64,000 bases of DNA. It comes from Azolla caroliniana (Eukaryota > Plantae > Polypodiophyta). The position numbers and the translations under genes were made by a program. Shown one piece after another: positions 58,661-64,000 of this stretch. Below the pieces are notes generated by a model, which saw only the letters and a program-made list of their open reading frames with translations, was not told the origin of the DNA and made no database searches. The stretch covers positions 11,346,001-11,410,000 of the forward strand of contig JBHGNT010000016.1 in NCBI GenBank assembly GCA_043228905.1. The letters run 5' to 3'. How positions within the stretch are numbered: position 1 is the stretch's first letter; each line of letters begins with the position of its first letter.

Positions 58661-61600
58661 GGTCGATTGTGGAAGCAGCACGGGCAATGCTGGAGGAGAA
58701 GAGCTTGCCCAAGTTCTACTGGGCCGAGGCGGTAAGGACCGCGGTATACATCCAGAACCGGATTGGATACAAAGTGTCGGCGCACGAGCTATATTTCAGA
58801 ACAAATCCGAACTTGCGACACTTGAGGGTGTTCGGTAGCATTGCGTATGTGCATGTACCGAAGGAGAAAAGGAGGAAGCTGGACGCAAAGGCCGAGAAGT
58901 ACATCTTGGTCGGTTACTCGGACGAGCAGAAGGGTTATAAGTGTTAAAACCCTCGCACCAAACAAGCGCGTGTCAACCGCGACGTTGTGTTTGACGAGTC
59001 CGCGTCCTGGTACCTGCCCCCGACTCCGAACCCTGCCACCAATCCGAGCTCTGATGATGAGGTCAGCGAGGCCGAGATGCCTCCGGATGAGCCCGAAATC
59101 GAGACCCACGAAGAGAGTCTGATTTCACTCCGGTTAAGTGGACCGATTGGACGACTGAGTTGATACGACCAGTCCGATGAAGAGCCGAAGAGTAGTGGAG
59201 ACTCGGTCGTGCATTCCCCGCGCAGGAAGCCGAGGAGACGGCTTACGCGCAAAGAGAAAGGGAAGAAGAAGGTGTCGAATTCCGGCACGGATAGGAACGA
59301 GTCAGACCGACTCCGAGGGAACCGGTGACGAGTCTTTAAAGGTGAAGACCGCGTCGACCGAGAAGGCCTCAACATCGGCTAATATGAGATTACGCCGATC
59401 TACCCGCCAGAAGAACCCTGTTTTGCGGTTCGGATACAACGAGTACATGGCGCATCATTATGCATACATGACCCATGTAGCGGAAGTGCGTGAGCCGGAG
59501 AGCTACGCAGAAGCGGCTAAAGATGCGAATTCGCGTGCCGCAATGGAGGAAGAGATGCACGCATTGGCGGAGAATGAGACCTGGGACCTTGTTGACGCAC
59601 CGAAAGGGGTAAAACCGATCGGGTGTAGGTGGGTGTACAAGGTCAAGTACAACACCGATGGCTCGGTCAACCAGTACAAGGCTCGGCTAGTGGCAAAGGG
59701 CTACGCACAGAAACACGGCATCGACTACGATGAGACGTTTGCGCCGGTCGCGAAAATGACGACCGTCCGTGTTTTGCTCGCAGTAGCTGTGGCCAAGGGG
59801 TGGCACTTACATCAAATGGATGTAAAGAATGCGTTCCTACAAGGTGACCTTGAGGAACAGGTGTACATGGTACAGCCCCCCGGATTTCACTCCGGAACGA
59901 ACTCCTCGGCAGTATGCCGACTGAAGAAGTCCCTTTACGGACTGAAGCAAGCCCCGCGTGCCTGGAACGCGAAGATCACGCAACAACTGCGTCGGATGGG
60001 CTTCGTCACGTCAAAATCAGACTCTTCCCTGTTCATCCGAAAAGGTCGACTCGGACCGGTTAGTATTTTACTGTATGTTGATGACTTGGTCATCACCGGC
60101 GCCGACCTAGGTGAAATCGACCGCGTGAAGCTCCAGCTTGCGGCATCGTTCGACATGAAGGATCTGGGGGACCTTCATTACTTCCTCGGGATCGAAGTGA
60201 TCCGTACCCCCGAAGGCATATTGATCAGCCAACGTCATTACGTGTTGAGTATGCTCTTCAAATTCGGGATGGCCAACTGTAAGTCCGTCTCGACTCCTCT
60301 GGACAGAACCGTCAAGCTTCGTCCCGATACGGGAAAGGTATGCGACCCGACGAAGCCTCATATACTTGACCATCACCCGACCCAACCTCAGTTATCCGGT
60401 CGGGGTGATCAATCAGTTCATGGCGCGACCTACCGAGGAGCAGCTTCAGTGTGCGCAACGCGTACTTCGGTACGTAAGCGGCACTAAGGACCGCGGACTG
60501 CTATATCGGACCGGCGCAGCCGTGCAGTTAGTCGGCTACACCGATGCTGATTGGGCTGGCAACGCCACCGATCGCCGATCCACGTCTAGATACGCGTTCT
60601 CCCTCAGGAGTGCCGCGATCGCGTGGAGCAGTAAGAAGCAGCCGACAGTTGCACTGTCGAGCACCGAAGCAGAGTACCGAGGAGCGGTTGTCGCGACATG
60701 CGAAGCCATATGGTTGAAGCGGCTACTTAAGGACCTACAAGAGGAGGTGTCTGATCCAACGACGATCTACTGCGACAACCTCAACAGCATCCAACTCGCG
60801 AAGAACCCCGTCTTCCACGCACGAACCAAGCACATTGAGGTGCACTACCATTTCGTCCGTGAGCGTGTCCTTTCCGGTGAAGTCGAACTTCAGTACGTTC
60901 CGACGGATCGGCAGACTGCCGACATCTTCACAAAGCCTCTTGGTCTGGACAAGTTGCGGCAATTCTCAGGTGCGCTCGGGTTGCGTCACCTCGACGTGCC
61001 GAACTTGAGGGGGAGAACAGTCCCGAACGACCAAGCAAGGCAGCAAGAAAGGAGCGGTGACCATGACACCGAGTCGGTTGACTCGTTTGTTGACTCGGTT
61101 GAAGACGGATCGGCTGAAGAAGCCGAGGGCGGACCCGCGGAAAAGTTCGGAAGAGGACAGAAGGGGAGCAACCGAAGGAGAGAGCCGAAGCCAACCATGC
61201 ATGGGGAAGATGACGCCATCGAGGGCGAGAAGACCGAAGACGAGTTGGAGACAGCCAACTCGGACGAGAGCGAAAACCGATCGGAGGTAGCCGAGTCGGT
61301 TCGGATGTTTGATTCAGACACGCTGAATCAACCGAGGCCCAAGCGGAAGAAAAGGCAGCAGGAGAAGCGTCGACACCGCAACAACCGAAGAGCTGATAAG
61401 GGCCGCATGAGCATACAAACCGACCGGAAGGGTCGATGCGCGCCGAGTCAAACAGGTCGAGGAGCGCGAGCGAGGCGTGAAGCCGGGAGGAACCGGAGCC
61501 GTGACCCCGAAGATCCCGAAGAGCCTCAAGTTGAGCTTGAGGGGGAGTGTTGAGAGACAAGCTCAACATCGGCCGGATCGGCTGAAGAAGCCGAGGACCG

Positions 61601-61950
61601 GATCGGTTGGGACCGATCGGTTAGGCCGAGTACATAAACCGGGAGGTCGTTAGGAAAGATATTCCATGAGGAATATATTTGGGAGTTAGTGTAGGGGCTC
61701 TTGATGAGCATTGAAGTACTGTCAGTACTTTGGTCAGTCCTTCTAGGACTTGTATAAAAGTGCTCACTGAGCACGTCTTATGTACAAACTGAGTATTATT
61801 ATTGAATACAGAGTTCTCTGTGTTTCTCTCTCTGTCTCTCCCGCGTATATCGTGTAAGCCCAAGCTCTCCATTGAACCTGAGTTTACTTCCTCTGTTCTG
61901 TCTTCATACCTGCTTCCGCACGCTATTTTCTTCAGTTCACTTTCGCACTT
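58661..61950 (+). mobile_element. Copia element H: INT C-terminus, RT, RH, C-terminal extension and start of the 3' LTR (right end approximate)
   Basis: WAEAVRTA, KLDAKA, QMDVKNAFL, LYVDD, STEAEY, ADIFTK; PPT GAGGGGGAG then TGTTG at 61548; frameshifts present. Confidence 0.92.
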
Positions 61951-62089
61951 CTCTCACTGTTTTTCCCTCCATGAGTTATCCCATATATATATGCAGCTAA
62001 TACAACTCTCTCTATATATATACTAATTTATCTCACATATATATATATGACTATGTGTATATTCGTTTGAACTTCTATTCAACCGACTA

Positions 62090-62335
62090 CCATTTGACTG
62101 AATCCCATTTCGGCTTTTTAGTCAATTTTTGCCAAACGACTCTTGTTTCGGCTTTCCAACCGATTTCGGCAGTTGACTCCCATTTCGCCTTTTTCAGTCG
62201 ATTTTGGCCAACCGACTCCTACTTCGGCTTTCTGAACGATTTCCACCAGCCGACTCTCGTTTCGGCTTTTCAACCAATTCCGGCCAACCGACTCTCATTT
62301 TGGCTTTTCGACCGACTCCCCCCATAAGGGGGGAC
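62090..62335. repeat. ~39-bp tandem repeat (about 6 copies) ending in the hairpin CCCCCC-ATAA-GGGGGG
   Basis: CCGACTCTCGTTTCGGCTTTT-like units. Confidence 0.85.
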
Positions 62336-62344
62336 AATCTTACA

Positions 62345-62864
62345 TAACACAATTGACTTACCACAAAGCCAAGTCATTTCTTAAAAAGTTGTATTTTTAT
62401 CATCATACTTTTTTCATATGTAAATTCTCATACATGAGAGCTTGAATGAGTGACATGGTTATCATGCATCACATGTAATGCATGAGCACCAAATGGCAAA
62501 CATGCATCGCATGCATTCATACATTACATGCATTCTATGTATGTCTTGCACCCTCACATGCACCATATGCATGGGGGCACCAATAAAAGAGGGAGGAAAG
62601 AAAAGGATCAATCAATCAATTGATCAAGCAAACTATGTACCGAATTAAAAAATAAATCTAGTTATCTTACTAGTGATATATCTTGTTTCTCAAAATTGAA
62701 ATCTCCATCACAATCTATCTCATAATTGGAATCTTTGTCTCTCAATCTCTCTGTATCTATCTTAAATACTTTCTCGCTAAAGCTAGTACAACCTTCGAAT
62801 CCTTCTGGTCCAGGACCCTGGTGGTCCCGCTTCATTTCGTGAACACACGAGGATTTCCTCGACA
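62345..62864 (+). mobile_element. 3' part of an LTR of the B/A lineage
   Basis: 62345-62700 matches 47485-47820; ends ..GGTCCCGC..CTCGACA like the A LTR; followed by GCGT. Confidence 0.8.
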
Positions 62865-63273
62865 GCGTGAGGGCATTCTCAATGGTGAAGTTGAACTACA
62901 GTACGTTCCGACCAATCGGTAGGTGGCCGACATCTTCACCACCACTCTTGGACTCAACATGTTGCGACAATTCTTGGGCATGCTTGGGTTACAACAACTC
63001 GATGTGCCGAACTTGAGGGGCGGAGTTGAGGGGGAGACAGTTGAAAGAGCTGATAAAGCGGATGGGAGTAGCGCCACGGACAAGAGGGATCTAGCCGAAG
63101 CCAAGGGGAGAGTTGAAGTAGAAGATGAGTAGGAGACAACCGATTCAGATAAAGGTTATGATTTGGATGAGCCAAATTAGGACGACACCGAATGGGCGAG
63201 TAGGCAGTCGAAGCCAATATCAAAGTGGGAGAACTGATGGATCGTGGGGCGTCAAAGTCGTAGAGGTAAGAAG
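62865..63273 (+). pseudogene. Copia RNase H end fragment, same family as H
   Basis: REGILNGEVELQYVPT..ADIFT..LDVPNLRG. Confidence 0.85.
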
Positions 63274-64000
63274 TGTTGAATATGGAATCAACCACAACCG
63301 ATTCTCACTCACAAATAAAATGAAAGAACAGAAAATGAATACACAAAACAAGAAAACATAAGGTACAGAGACGCAAGTATTTAACGTGTAAAGCCTGAAA
63401 TGAGAAAAACCACAAGAACCCACAGACTCCAAACAGAATCACTATATATATGGAGAGGAATAAAAGGAGACTCAGAGGCAACAACCTCAAGCTCGTCTTT
63501 GTCTAATAGATGGCGGCGGCGTTACAACTGTCACTTTGCCTCTCTCTTACTCTCTTAGTTACAGTGGCAACAACCAACAGTAATTATATGTAAAGAATCA
63601 AGAGATGGATTTTGTGCAATGGAATAGATATGAATTGTGTGTGTGTATGAGAGAGTGAGAGAGACACGGAGTAAGACACAGAGAATACGCAAGGTAAAGT
63701 ATATTAACAAAGGAGAAAGACTGAACATTATACAAGGTGGGAGGAGGGTGCTTTATATAGTCACCCTCTCTCTTCATTAACTACAAGACTCATGGAGCAT
63801 GGGGAATGTGAAAGCTCATAAGTTATGTGTCATAGAATATGATGCTATGACTCATACTAAATGCTAGAATACAAAGTGGTGACATAATGGTGACTCTTGA
63901 CTGTTGGAGTGTCTATTCACTCTCAAGGTGAGTTCACACACTAGACCAAGTTGAGCTTGATTCTCAACACGCCCCCTCAAGCTCAAGTCGGGTCGGTTTC
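63274..64000 (-). mobile_element. Element I: 3' LTR (63274-63969) and PPT of a Copia-like element continuing off the right edge
   Basis: Minus strand TTGAGCTTGAGGGGGCG-TGTTGAGA resembles the H PPT/LTR junction; TG..CA ends. Confidence 0.8.

Overview
Eukaryotic, almost certainly non-seed land-plant (moss/lycophyte/fern-like; inferred from Tcn1-type and Trp-primed Gypsy elements plus plant tRNA-Met/Trp/Arg primer sites) transposon-dense window with no intact host gene. 1-14.5 kb: two decayed copies of one DDE-type DNA transposase with neighbouring RING-like and FCP1/NIF-like reading frames, hit by a Tnt1-like Copia (4983-10296, TSD ACATG) and an inverted solo LTR of a related family (4008-4668, TSD TTATG). 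14.5-64 kb: a nested stack built on an old tRNA-Trp-primed element B. A young Gypsy A (15080-22376) sits in B's 5' LTR. A chromovirus C (22814-45394) sits in B's interior and itself carries Gypsy D (22958-32933) and a Tcn1-like chromovirus E (37909-43485). B's 3' LTR carries an RTEX-like LINE in its (CT)n tract, which in turn carries non-autonomous element F (51009-55619), and also carries element G, fused by deletion to a Copia pol. Most notable: (i) tRNA-like A-box/B-box modules, antisense in the U3 of three different LTR families, plus a paired module; (ii) a Trp-primed Gypsy lineage with 4-bp NCGT target sites, a GGATTTT+hairpin -1 frameshift between gag-pro and pol, and pol-less partners; (iii) probable self-priming in E; (iv) a hairpin array inside a probable 5'UTR intron of C. 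All calls were made by eye; no searches were run.
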